The notes under the pieces: model-generated | The model's database searches: none | Seen by the model: the letters and a program-made list of their open reading frames with translations, nothing else | What the model was told of the DNA's origin: nothing | NCBI GenBank assembly: GCA_963784705.1 | Contig: CAWASC010000014.1 | Span: forward strand, 172,898 to 236,897 | Reading direction: 5' to 3' | Origin: an uncultured Actinomycetota bacterium | Lineage (GTDB): Bacteria; Actinomycetota; Actinomycetes; Mycobacteriales; SCTD01 | DNA length: 64,000 nucleotides | Translations under genes and position numbers: made by a program | Part shown: positions 38,653 through 49,435 of the stretch, piece by piece | How the letters are laid out: every line of letters begins with the position of its first letter | Position numbering within the stretch: position 1 is the stretch's first letter

Positions 38653-40074
38653 ATGGCCCCACCCGGAGGACCGCATGACGTCACTGACCCACGAACGCAC
38701 CTCTCGCACTGCCGTCGCACCCTCGCCCGTCGCACTCCCGCCCGGCGCTCGCTCGCCGTCGCCGCCGCGCTCTCCCTGGGCCTCGGTGCCGCAGCCTGCG
38801 GCTCCAGCTCGTCGGGGGGCACCGCCACCGGAGGCAAGACCGACTGCGCGGCGTACGAGCAGTACGGCGACCTCGCCGGCAAGAAGGTGACCATCTACAC
38901 GGGCATCGTCACGCCGGAGGACAAGCCGCAGACCGACTCCTACAAGCCCTTCGAGAAGTGCACGGGCGCGACGATCCAGTACGAGGGGGACAAGTCCTTC
39001 GAGACGCAGGTCCTGGTCCGCGCCAAGGCGGGCAACCCGCCGGACCTCGCGATCGTGCCGCAGCCTGGCCTGCTCGCCCAGCTCGTCGCGCTCGGCGGTG
39101 CCAAGCCGGCTCCGGCCGAGACGGCCGCGAACGTCGACAAGTTCTGGACCAAGGACTGGAAGAACTACGGCACCGTCAACGGAACCTTCTACGCCGCGCC
39201 GCTCGGCGCCAGCCTCAAGTCCCTGGTGTGGTACTCCCCCAGCGAGTTCAAGGACAACGGCTACACCATCCCAACGACCCTGGACGAGCTCAAGACGCTG
39301 TCGGACAAGATCGCGGCGACGGGGAAGAAGCCTTGGTGCGCCGGCATCGCCAGCGGTGAGGCCACCGGCTGGCCGATCACCGACTGGATGGAGGACATGA
39401 TGCTCCGGCTGAACGGGCCGGACGAGTACGACAAGTGGGTGACCCACAAGATCGCCTTCAACAGCCCCGGTCCCACGGCTGCGCTCGACAAGGTCGGCGA
39501 GTTCCTCAAGAACGACAAGTACGTCAACGGCGGCCTCGGGGACATCAAGAGCATCGCCTCGACCACGTTCCAGGACGGCGGTCTGCCGATCCTCGACGGC
39601 ACCTGCTCGTTCCACCGGCAGGCGAGCTTCTACGCCGCCAACTGGCCCAAGGGCACGACCGTGGCCGAGGACGGCGACGTGTTCGCCTTCTACCTGCCAG
39701 GCGTCGACACGACCACCAAGCCGGTCCTCGGCGGCGGCGAGTTCATCCTCGCCTTCTCCGACCGGCCGGAGGTCAAGGCCTTCCAGACCTACCTGTCCAG
39801 TGACCTGTGGGCGAACAACAAGGTTGCCGCGACGCCGAACGGCGGGTGGGTCACGGCCAACAACGGCCTGGACACCACGAAGCTGACCAGCCCGATCGAC
39901 AAGCTGGCCGCAGAGACGCTCGCGGACCCGCAAGCGGTCTTCCGCTTCGACGGTTCGGACGCCATGCCGGCAGCGGTGGGGTCGAACAGCTTCTGGAAGC
40001 AGGCGACCAACTGGATCACCGGCCAGAGCACGAAGGACACGGTCGACAAGATCGAGGCGTCCTGGCCCAAGTAG
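38653..40074 (+). CDS. ABC sugar transporter substrate-binding lipoprotein (alpha-glucoside AglE-like)
   Basis: 473 aa. Signal/lipobox RRSLAVAAALSLGLGAAACGSS. Family-1 SBP core. ATG 38653 is the only start codon in frame and lacks an SD. Confidence 0.85.
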   Translation: MAPPGGPHDVTDPRTHLSHCRRTLARRTPARRSLAVAAALSLGLGAAACGSSSSGGTATGGKTDCAAYEQYGDLAGKKVTIYTGIVTPEDKPQTDSYKPFEKCTGATIQYEGDKSFETQVLVRAKAGNPPDLAIVPQPGLLAQLVALGGAKPAPAETAANVDKFWTKDWKNYGTVNGTFYAAPLGASLKSLVWYSPSEFKDNGYTIPTTLDELKTLSDKIAATGKKPWCAGIASGEATGWPITDWMEDMMLRLNGPDEYDKWVTHKIAFNSPGPTAALDKVGEFLKNDKYVNGGLGDIKSIASTTFQDGGLPILDGTCSFHRQASFYAANWPKGTTVAEDGDVFAFYLPGVDTTTKPVLGGGEFILAFSDRPEVKAFQTYLSSDLWANNKVAATPNGGWVTANNGLDTTKLTSPIDKLAAETLADPQAVFRFDGSDAMPAAVGSNSFWKQATNWITGQSTKDTVDKIEASWPK

Positions 40075-40082
40075 TCCCCCTC

Positions 40083-40123
40083 CCGGTCCGGGCGCGCTGC
40101 CTCGAGCAGCGCGCCCGGACCGG
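40083..40123 (+). other. intercistronic stem-loop after the binding-protein gene
   Basis: 18-bp perfect stem CCGGTCCGGGCGCGCTGC / GCAGCGCGCCCGGACCGG with a 5-nt loop, 9 bp after the stop and 16 bp before the next start. Confidence 0.7.
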
Positions 40124-40138
40124 CTCCACCGACGGGAG

Positions 40139-41113
40139 ATGTGCGTGACCACCTCTGAGAAGCTGACCCAGGCCCTGCTCGCCGTCGTGCTGTTCGTCGC
40201 CGTGGTGGGCGTGATCTTGCTGGTGGCCTCCCGTTTCCACGGGCGCAAGGCCGACCGCGCCACGGCCATCGCCTTCCTGCTCCCCACGGCGCTCCTGCTG
40301 TCCATCGGCCTGATCTACCCGGCCCTGCGCACCGTCTACGAGTCGTTCTACGACGCCCAGGGCAGTGCCTTCGTCGGGGCCGACAACTACCGCACCATCG
40401 CGACCAGCAGCGACCAGCTGATCGTCCTGCGGAACACCGTGTTCTGGGTGGTGCTGACCCCGTTCTTCGCCACCGCGGTCGGTCTGCTCTACGCGATCCT
40501 CGTGGACAAGGCGAGGTTCGAGAAGGTCGCCAAGGCGCTCATCTTCCTGCCCATGGCCATCTCGTTCGTGGGCGCGTCGATCATCTGGAAGTTCGTCTAC
40601 ACCTACCGCCCGGACCAGGGCAACATCAAGCAGATCGGGCTGCTCAACCAGATCGTGGTGTGGCTGGGCGGGACGCCGCAGAACTGGCTGCTCGAGAAGC
40701 CGTGGAACACCCTGCTCCTCATCGTGGTCATGGTGTGGATCCAGGCCGGTTTCGCGATGACGATCCTGTCTGCGGCGATCAAGGCCATCCCCGACGACAT
40801 CGTCGAGGCGGCCCGCTTGGACGGCGTGCGCGCCTGGGGGATGTTCCGCTTCGTGACCGTCCCGAGCATCCGCCCGGCCCTCATCGTGGTGCTCACCACC
40901 ATCGGGATCGCGACGCTCAAGGTCTTCGACATCGTCCGCACGATGACGGGCGGCCAGTTCGGCACCAGCGTCATCGCGAACGAGTTCTACACGCAGAGCT
41001 TCCGCGCCGACAACCAGGGTCTCGGGGCCGCCCTCGCCGTGGTGCTTTTCCTGCTCGTCATCCCGATCGTCGTCTACAACATCCGCCAGCTGCGCGCCAC
41101 GGAAGGGCGGTGA
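40139..41113 (+). CDS. carbohydrate ABC transporter permease (MalF/AglF type)
   Basis: Six TM helices and an EAA loop (IVEAARLDGVRAWGMFRFVTVP). In-frame GTG 40145 has better SD spacing (GGGAG). Confidence 0.9.
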   Translation: MCVTTSEKLTQALLAVVLFVAVVGVILLVASRFHGRKADRATAIAFLLPTALLLSIGLIYPALRTVYESFYDAQGSAFVGADNYRTIATSSDQLIVLRNTVFWVVLTPFFATAVGLLYAILVDKARFEKVAKALIFLPMAISFVGASIIWKFVYTYRPDQGNIKQIGLLNQIVVWLGGTPQNWLLEKPWNTLLLIVVMVWIQAGFAMTILSAAIKAIPDDIVEAARLDGVRAWGMFRFVTVPSIRPALIVVLTTIGIATLKVFDIVRTMTGGQFGTSVIANEFYTQSFRADNQGLGAALAVVLFLLVIPIVVYNIRQLRATEGR

Positions 41114-41117
41114 GGAG

Positions 41118-42038
41118 ATGACTGCCGAATCTGCCGTCAGCCTCCCGGTGACCACAGAGGCAACCCGCAACTCGGTCTCCTCGGCCGCGGGCAAGGCCAA
41201 GCAGCGGCTCACCTCACCGTGGGCGTCGCTGTTCGCGATCCTGCTGGCGGCGCTCTGGACCCTCCCGACCTTCGGGCTGGCTCTGTCGTCGGTGCGGCCG
41301 GAGAAGGCCATCAAGACCAGCGGATGGTGGACGTTCTTCAGCGACCCGCAGCTCACCCTCGACAACTACCGCACCGTGCTCGGACCCGACAGCGGCGTCA
41401 ACCTCGGCCGCGCGATGACCAACTCCTTCATCATCACGCTGCCGTCGGTGCTCATCCCCCTGGCCTTGGCGGGGCTCGCGGCGTACGCCTTCGCCTGGGT
41501 GGACTTCCGTGGCAAGAACCTGCTGTTCGTCGTGGTGTTCGCGCTGCAGATCGTCCCGATCCAGGTGACGCTCATCCCACTGCTGACGCTGTTCAACCAG
41601 ACGCACCTCACCGACACCTACTGGACGGTGTGGCTCGCGCACTCCACCTTCGCGCTGCCCCTGGCGATCTTCCTGTTGCACAACTTCATGAGGGAGATCC
41701 CGCGCGAGCTCATCGAAGCCGCGCGCATGGACGGCGCCGGGCACGTGGCCATCTTGTTCCGGGTCCTCATGCCGTTGCTCACCCCGGCGCTGGCGGCGTT
41801 CGGGATCTTCCAGTTCCTGTGGGTGTGGAACGATCTGCTGGTCGCCCTGACGTTCACCAGCACCCCCAACCTGGCGCCCCTGACGGTCGGGATCGCCAAC
41901 CTCAGCGGCACCCGCGGGACGGCGTATCACCTGCTGACGGCGGGTGCCTTCATCTCGATCATCGTGCCGGTGACGGTGTTCCTCAGCATGCAGCGGTTCT
42001 TCGTCCGCGGCCTGCTCGCTGGTGGGCTCAAGGGCTGA
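41118..42038 (+). CDS. carbohydrate ABC transporter permease (MalG/AglG type)
   Basis: EAA loop LIEAARMDGAGHVAILFRVLMP. 306 aa. Confidence 0.9.
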   Translation: MTAESAVSLPVTTEATRNSVSSAAGKAKQRLTSPWASLFAILLAALWTLPTFGLALSSVRPEKAIKTSGWWTFFSDPQLTLDNYRTVLGPDSGVNLGRAMTNSFIITLPSVLIPLALAGLAAYAFAWVDFRGKNLLFVVVFALQIVPIQVTLIPLLTLFNQTHLTDTYWTVWLAHSTFALPLAIFLLHNFMREIPRELIEAARMDGAGHVAILFRVLMPLLTPALAAFGIFQFLWVWNDLLVALTFTSTPNLAPLTVGIANLSGTRGTAYHLLTAGAFISIIVPVTVFLSMQRFFVRGLLAGGLKG

Positions 42039-42459
42039 GCGCCTGCACCTGCCCGATCAGCACCTCGACGCTCGCCACGGCGGCCTCGCGGCGCACCGCG
42101 ACGCTGCGGTGCCAGGGCAGCACCGAGACCGAGGAGCACCGGTCCCTCTCGGTCCGCAACGACGCCACCTGCTCGCGCACCGCGGCGTCCAGGACCGCGG
42201 TGACGCTCTCGCGCACGCCCCGCTCAGGCGAGGAGAGCGCCGGTCCCACGTAGCTGCGCAGTCCCGACACCTGCCGCGTGGCGTAGGCCGCCTGCTCCTG
42301 CGCCGCGGCGCGGCACCGGACGAGCGCGTCCTTTTCACGACGGCCGGCCCACGCATCGGTGAGCACGCCGCCGGTGAGGAGCAGGGCGAGCGCGGTCGCC
42401 GAGGCACGAAGGTCGGGACGTCGGCGCTCGCCGCCCTGCGCGAGGACGTCCGTGGTCAC
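42028..42459 (-). CDS. hypothetical single-TM protein
   Basis: 143 codons from GTG 42459, which overlaps the GH1 stop (GTGA). One hydrophobic helix (ASATALALLLTGGVLT), then an Ala/Arg/Glu-rich region. The 3' end overlaps the converging permease gene by 11 bp. Confidence 0.45.
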   Translation of the reverse strand: MTTDVLAQGGERRRPDLRASATALALLLTGGVLTDAWAGRREKDALVRCRAAAQEQAAYATRQVSGLRSYVGPALSSPERGVRESVTAVLDAAVREQVASLRTERDRCSSVSVLPWHRSVAVRREAAVASVEVLIGQVQALSP

Positions 42460-43760
42460 CGGTCGCGCAGGTACGCGGCGTACCAGTGGAAGGACGCCTT
42501 GGGCACCCGTCGCAGGGTCTGCGGCTCGACGCTGACCAGGCCGAAGTGCTGGGTCCACCCTTGCGCCCATTCGAAGTTGTCGAGCAGCGACCACGCGAAG
42601 TAGTCGAGCACCGGGACACCGGCAGCCTCCACCTCCTCCAGCGCGGCCAGGTGCTCGCGCAGGTAGGCGATCCGGTCGTCGTCCGGCTCACCCGCCCGGT
42701 CAGGGAAGGCGCCGCCGTTCTCCGTCACCCGCAGGGGTACGCCGGGCAGGTCCTGGGCTGTCCGAAGCAGCGTCTGCACCAGCCCACTGGCGTCCACCTC
42801 CCAGCCCATGGTCGTCAGAGGTGGTCGCGGCGCGAACGAGAAGGGCGGTGCCCCGGGGAAGGCGTCGACGTCCTGGCCCACGCCGGCGGTGGCCTGGACC
42901 GGCGGTCCGATGCGGAACGGCGTGTAGTAGTTGATCCCCAGCCAGTCCGCCGAGCCACGGATCAGCGCCAGGTCGTCCTCGCGGCCGCCCAGCAAGGGCA
43001 GCACCTCGGGGTAGCTGCCGGTGCCCAGGGCCTGCAGCCACAGCCGGTTCTGCAGCGCGTCCACGAGGTCCGCAGCCCGCGGATCACCGTCGGGCTCGCA
43101 CCGCACGTCGGTGAGGTTCAGGACGATCCCGATCTCGGACCCAGCGCGGGCGGTCCGCATCGCGTCGGCAGCCTGGGCGTGCGCGAGCAGCAGGTGGTGG
43201 GCGGCGTCGAAAGCCCGCTGCGGGTCGCGCACGCCGGGCGCGAAGACCCCCGCGGCATGTCCGAGGAACGCCGTGCACCACGGCTCGTTCATCGTCGCCC
43301 AGGTGCCGATGCGGTCACCGAGCCGCGCCTGGACGGCGAGCGCGTAGTCGACGAAGCGCGCCACGGTGTCGCGGGCCGACCAGCCGCCGTCGCGTTCGAG
43401 CGCGAGCGGGAGGTCCCAGTGGAACAGGGTGGGAAACGGGCGGATGCCCTTGGCCAGCAGGGACTCCACCATCTGGTCGTAGTGGTCGAGCCCCGCAGCC
43501 AGCGGCGCGCCGTGACCGTCGGGCTGGATGCGGGGCCATGCGATCGAGAAGCGGTAGGCGTCGACGCCGAGCTGCTCGAGCAGGTCGAGGTCCTCGGCAA
43601 ACCGGTCGTACGACGCGCAGGCGGTGCGGGCGTCCGTGCCGTCGATGATCGCCCCGGGACGGGTGCAGAACTCGTCCCACGTCGACGGGCCGCGACCGTC
43701 GGCGTCGGGCGCGCCCTCCACCTGGAAGGCAGAGGTGGCGACGCCGTACCCGCGCGTCAT
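42456..43760 (-). CDS. GH1 beta-glucosidase
   Basis: ATSAFQVEG, acid/base TMNEPWC, nucleophile VTENGGAF, and WSLLDNFEW. Confidence 0.92.
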   Translation of the reverse strand: MTRGYGVATSAFQVEGAPDADGRGPSTWDEFCTRPGAIIDGTDARTACASYDRFAEDLDLLEQLGVDAYRFSIAWPRIQPDGHGAPLAAGLDHYDQMVESLLAKGIRPFPTLFHWDLPLALERDGGWSARDTVARFVDYALAVQARLGDRIGTWATMNEPWCTAFLGHAAGVFAPGVRDPQRAFDAAHHLLLAHAQAADAMRTARAGSEIGIVLNLTDVRCEPDGDPRAADLVDALQNRLWLQALGTGSYPEVLPLLGGREDDLALIRGSADWLGINYYTPFRIGPPVQATAGVGQDVDAFPGAPPFSFAPRPPLTTMGWEVDASGLVQTLLRTAQDLPGVPLRVTENGGAFPDRAGEPDDDRIAYLREHLAALEEVEAAGVPVLDYFAWSLLDNFEWAQGWTQHFGLVSVEPQTLRRVPKASFHWYAAYLRDR

Positions 43761-44965
43761 GCCGACGCCCCGAGGACGGCCTGCTCGTCGGGCTTGTGCC
43801 GCAGCACCGAGTCGACGTAGCTCGCGGCGGCGGGGAGCAGACCGACGTCGCCGCCCGCCTGCTCGGACAGGAACCAGCGGTGCTCCAGGACCTCGTGGAA
43901 CACCTCTGCGGCCTCGAGCTTCCCGCGCAGGTCCCGGGGGACGGCGCGCACGACGGGATGGAACGCCGCGGTCAGCCAGGCGTGGGCGACCAGCTCCTCG
44001 GGCTCGTCCTGCTGGTGCGTGGCAGCCCGGTAGGAGTCGAGGTCGTTCAGCAGCCGGCGTGCCTGGTTCTCCTCGACGTCAAGGCCGGTGAGGCGCAGCA
44101 GCCGCCGGGCGTGGTGACCGGCGTCGACGACCTTCGGCTGGACGACGACCTCGTTCGCCCCACGGACGACCTCGACCTCCGCGACGTCGAAGCCCAGGTC
44201 GTTGAGCGCGCGGATGCGCGCGTCGACCCGGTGCCGCTCCCCCGTCCCGACGGTCTGGGGGCAGGTCAGGGCCTCCCACAGGGCGGTGTAGCGACCGACG
44301 ATCGTGTCGCCCGTCGTGATCGGCTCCAGTGCGGGGTCGAGCAGCTCGCCGGCTTCGAGGTCCATGAGCTCGCCGATGATCGACGTACGAGCGAGATCGA
44401 GGTCGTCCGTGCGTTGACCCTCCGACAGTGACGGGTGCCGCGAGGTGGTCTCGGCATCGACGAGGTACGCCGAGAAGGAGCCTGCGTCCCGGCGGAACAG
44501 CGTGTTCGACAGGGAGCAGTCGCCCCAGTGGAAGCCGGCCAGGTGCAGCCGCACCAGCAGGACGGCCAGCGCGTCGAGCAGCCGCGTCGCCGTCTCCGGT
44601 CTGAGTGCCTGGGACAGCAGCGCGCGGTAGGGCAGGGAGAACTCCAGGTGCTGGGTCACCAGGGCCGTCTCGAGCGGCTCACCGGAGGTGTCGACGCGGC
44701 CCTCGACCAGACCGACCGGGTGGACGACCGGGACGCGTGCCCCCTCCAGGGCACGCAGGACGTCGTACTCCTTGTCCGCCGACCACTGGCTGGTCTCCTT
44801 GACGGCGAACACCGTCCCCTCGACCCGCACGAACCGCACGACGTGCCGGGAGATGCCGCGGGGAAGGCCCACCAGGTGCTCCTTCGGCCACGCCTCGAGC
44901 GGCAGGTGCCAGGGGAGGTCGAGGAGGCCGGGGTGGTGCGGCTCACCGCGCAGGTGCAGGTCCAC
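43757..44965 (-). CDS. DUF4032 protein with an atypical (RIO/Kdo-like) kinase core
   Basis: FAVKETS...EYDVLRALE, HLAGFHWGDCSLSNTLF (HxD..N), AYLVDAET. The C-terminal half resembles DUF4032. GTG 44965 chosen as start. The stop overlaps the GH1 ATG (ATGA). Confidence 0.7.
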   Translation of the reverse strand: MDLHLRGEPHHPGLLDLPWHLPLEAWPKEHLVGLPRGISRHVVRFVRVEGTVFAVKETSQWSADKEYDVLRALEGARVPVVHPVGLVEGRVDTSGEPLETALVTQHLEFSLPYRALLSQALRPETATRLLDALAVLLVRLHLAGFHWGDCSLSNTLFRRDAGSFSAYLVDAETTSRHPSLSEGQRTDDLDLARTSIIGELMDLEAGELLDPALEPITTGDTIVGRYTALWEALTCPQTVGTGERHRVDARIRALNDLGFDVAEVEVVRGANEVVVQPKVVDAGHHARRLLRLTGLDVEENQARRLLNDLDSYRAATHQQDEPEELVAHAWLTAAFHPVVRAVPRDLRGKLEAAEVFHEVLEHRWFLSEQAGGDVGLLPAAASYVDSVLRHKPDEQAVLGASA

Positions 44966-44996
44966 TCCCCCACCGTGCCACGCTGGACAACGGGTG

Positions 44997-45910
44997 TCAG
45001 ACGAGGGTGCGTGCCGCCAGCAGGTCGGCACACCCGGACAGGCCCAGCACGTGGCGCAGATCGTCGGCGAGAGCCGTGAGGCACGCGCTGACGCCGGCCG
45101 CGCCGTCAGCGGCCAGTGCCCACAGGACGGGACGTCCGACCAGCACGGCGCGCGCTCCGAGCGCAAGGGCGCAGACGACGTCGGTGCCGTCGCGCACCCC
45201 TCCGTCCACCAGCACGGGGACGTCGACGGACGCCGACACCTCCGCCAGCACGTCGGCGACGCGAGCGGCCCGAGGGTGCTGCCGTCCGCCGTGGTTGCTC
45301 ACGACGATCCCTGCCGCGCCCGCGTCGACGCAGGCCCGCGCGTCGTCGCCGCGCAGCACGCCCTTCACCAGCACGGGGAGCCCGGTCGCGTCGTGCAGCC
45401 AGCCGATGCAGTCACGGTCGGCAGACGGGTCCTGCTCCAGGTCGCCGAGCCCGGCCCGCCTGGCGGTCGCGAGGTACGGCGTGTCGCCGGTGAGCACGAT
45501 CGCGCCGGCCCCCCGGTCGCGGGCGCGGACAGCATCGTCCAGCGTCCGCTGCCGGTCACGGAGGATGTACGACTGCCACCACCACGCTCCCGTGGGCGTG
45601 ACGTCGAGATCCGCGCGAGAGGACATGACGTAGGCGCTGCCCGCTGCTTCGGCGCCCTCGGCCGTGGCCCGCTCGCCCTCGGGGTGCAGCCTGCGGTGTC
45701 CGGCGGTGGGAGCGACCAGCACCGGCGTGGGCAGTCGGACGCCGTACAGGGACAGCGAGATGTCGATCGTGCTGACGTCGCGCAGGACGTGCGGACGCAG
45801 CCGGACGTCCTGCCAGCCGCCGTCGGTGTGTCCCTCGTCGATGGCGGCGAGCAGCTCGGCCGGCAGGTGGGTCCGGGCGGACGCCTCGTGCGCGGCCAGG
45901 ACGGGGTGCA

Positions 45911-45911
<1 letters not shown>
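44997..45911 (-). CDS. FMN-dependent alpha-hydroxy-acid oxidase/dehydrogenase family protein (short form)
   Basis: LRPHVLRDVSTIDISLSLYG..PTPVLVAPT, VVSNHGGRQ and VLVDGGVRDGTDVVCALALGA motifs. ATG 45911 shares 1 nt with the ABC-F stop. Confidence 0.78.
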
Positions 45912-47512
<1,601 letters not shown>

Positions 47513-47529
47513 CCATGATAGGTGACCGG

Positions 47530-48396
47530 ATGGTCCACACTGCTGCCGTGGACTTCGACGACAACGCCCGGCTGGACAGCTCCCAGGTCACCGATCGTCG
47601 CGGTCGCGGCGGGGGCCGGGGGGTGGCTCTCGGTGGCGGTGGCTTGGGCATCGTGGGTCTGCTGCTCGCACTGGTCCTGGGGGTGAACCCGTCCGACCTG
47701 ACCGGCGGGTCGTCGGCCCCCGCGGACACCACGAGCACCGTGTCCGACCTGTCCACCCGGTGCCGTACCGGCGCGGACGCGAACCGCGACGACGACTGCC
47801 GCATCGTCGGGGTGGCGAACAGCGTGCAGGCCTACTGGCGTACGGCGGTGAAGGGCTATCGCGACAGCGACACCGTCCTGTTCACCGGTCAGGTGTCGAC
47901 CGGGTGCGGCGCCGCGACCTCAGCCGTCGGGCCCTTCTACTGCCCGTCGGACGAGCTGATCTACCTCGACCTCGGCTTCTTCGACGAGCTGCGTACGACG
48001 TTCGGCGCGCAGGGCGGGACGTTCGCGCAGGCTTACGTCATCGCGCACGAGTACGGCCACCACGTCCAGGACATCCTGGGCGTCTCCTCCGACGGTGGGA
48101 AGGGTGCGACGTCCCGGTCGGTGCGGGTCGAGCTGCAGGCCGACTGCTACGCCGGGGTGTGGGCCAAGCACGCGGTCGACACCGGCTTCGTCGAGCCCCT
48201 GACCGAGGCCGACATCACCGACGGCCTCGACGCCGCGGCGTCGGTGGGTGACGACCGCATCCAGAAGGAGTTCCAGGGCCGGGTCGACGAGGGCTCGTTC
48301 ACCCACGGCTCCGCCGCGCAGCGCCAGAAGTGGTTCAGCACCGGTTACCGCACCGGCGCGCCCCGCAGCTGCGACACCTTCTCCGGCGGGATCTAG
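47530..48396 (+). CDS. YpfJ-family neutral zinc metallopeptidase
   Basis: Gly-rich N-terminal TM region, [18 protein letters not shown], and HEYGHH zinc motif. Start uncertain (47515, 47530 or GTG 47548). Confidence 0.85.
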   Translation: MVHTAAVDFDDNARLDSSQVTDRRGRGGGRGVALGGGGLGIVGLLLALVLGVNPSDLTGGSSAPADTTSTVSDLSTRCRTGADANRDDDCRIVGVANSVQAYWRTAVKGYRDSDTVLFTGQVSTGCGAATSAVGPFYCPSDELIYLDLGFFDELRTTFGAQGGTFAQAYVIAHEYGHHVQDILGVSSDGGKGATSRSVRVELQADCYAGVWAKHAVDTGFVEPLTEADITDGLDAAASVGDDRIQKEFQGRVDEGSFTHGSAAQRQKWFSTGYRTGAPRSCDTFSGGI

Positions 48397-48398
48397 CG

Positions 48399-48587
48399 CT
48401 ACCTCGGCGGAAGCGAGCGGGCGAAGGCCGGCTCCACGCGCACCATGAGCCCGCCCTGGCCACTGGCCGCCACACTCATGTTCCCGCCGACGAGGAACGC
48501 CAGCCCGCCGAACATCTTCTTCTCCACGGCCACGCCCGGCGGCAGCAGGTCGCGGCTCCGGTCGGCCAGCTCCTCGTCGTACGCCAT
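48399..48587 (-). CDS. TfoX/Sxy N-terminal-domain protein, apparently internally deleted
   Basis: 62 aa: MAYDEELADRSRDLL...EKKMFGGLAFLVGGNMSVAASGQGGLMVRVEPA joined directly to FARSLPPR. As I remember them, family members are about 110 aa and end ...YARSLPPK. Confidence 0.55.
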   Translation of the reverse strand: MAYDEELADRSRDLLPPGVAVEKKMFGGLAFLVGGNMSVAASGQGGLMVRVEPAFARSLPPR

Positions 48588-48617
48588 GGCGCGAGGGTAC
48601 GACGAGGGCGGCTGCTC

Positions 48618-48968
48618 TCAGACGTTGAAGCCGAGCGCCCGCAGCTGCTCGCGACCGTCGTCGGTGATCTTGTCCGGGCCCCACGGCGGCATCCAGACCC
48701 AGTTGATGCGCACGTCGTTGACGAGCGGCTCGAGCGCCGAGCGGGTCTGGTCCTCGATGACGTCGGTCAGCGGACAGGCGGCGGACGTCAGGGTCATGTC
48801 GAGCGTGACCGTGATGTCGTCGTGCACCTGCGCGCCGTAGACCAGTCCGAGGTCGACGACATTGATGCCGAGCTCGGGGTCGACGACGTCCTTCATCGCC
48901 TCGATGATGTCGTCCTCCGCCGGCTTTGTCTTCGCGACCGCGGTGGGGGTCTCGGTGGCCTCGCTCAT
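48618..48968 (-). CDS. sufT: Fe-S cluster assembly protein SufT (DUF59/MIP18 family)
   Basis: DVVDPELGINVVDLGLVY and TLTSAACPL motifs. ATGA overlap with sufU. Confidence 0.85.
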   Translation of the reverse strand: MSEATETPTAVAKTKPAEDDIIEAMKDVVDPELGINVVDLGLVYGAQVHDDITVTLDMTLTSAACPLTDVIEDQTRSALEPLVNDVRINWVWMPPWGPDKITDDGREQLRALGFNV

Positions 48969-49435
48969 GATGCTCCCTCTCCTGCAACGGCCTGTGCCGT
49001 CGCGTCCTTCCACGCCATCCAGCCCAGCAGCGCGCACTTGACGCGCGCCGGGTACTTCGACACGCCGGCGAAGGCGATCCCGTCCTCCAGGACGTCCTCA
49101 TCGGGCTCGAGCTGTCCACGTGACTGCATGAGCTCGAGGAACGCCTCGTGGGTCTCCAGCGCCTGCTCCACCGGCTTGCCGATGACCAGGTCGGTCATCA
49201 CCGACGTGGACGCCTGGCTGATCGAGCAGCCCTGACCGTCGTACGACACGTCCCGCACGACGCCGTCCGTGACGTGGACGCGCAGGGTGACCTCGTCGCC
49301 GCACGTGGGGTTCACGTGGTGCACCTCGACCACACCGGGGCCGTCGGCGGGGTCGCGCAGGCCCTTGTGGTGGGGCCGCTTGTAGTGCTCCAGGATGATC
49401 TCCTGGTACATCGACTGGGTCGCTGCGTCGGTCAT
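48965..49435 (-). CDS. sufU: SUF-type Fe-S scaffold/sulfur-transfer protein SufU
   Basis: NPTCGDEVTL, GQGCSISQAS and ARVKCALLGW (three conserved Cys). ATGA overlap with sufS. Confidence 0.9.
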   Translation of the reverse strand: MTDAATQSMYQEIILEHYKRPHHKGLRDPADGPGVVEVHHVNPTCGDEVTLRVHVTDGVVRDVSYDGQGCSISQASTSVMTDLVIGKPVEQALETHEAFLELMQSRGQLEPDEDVLEDGIAFAGVSKYPARVKCALLGWMAWKDATAQAVAGEGAS

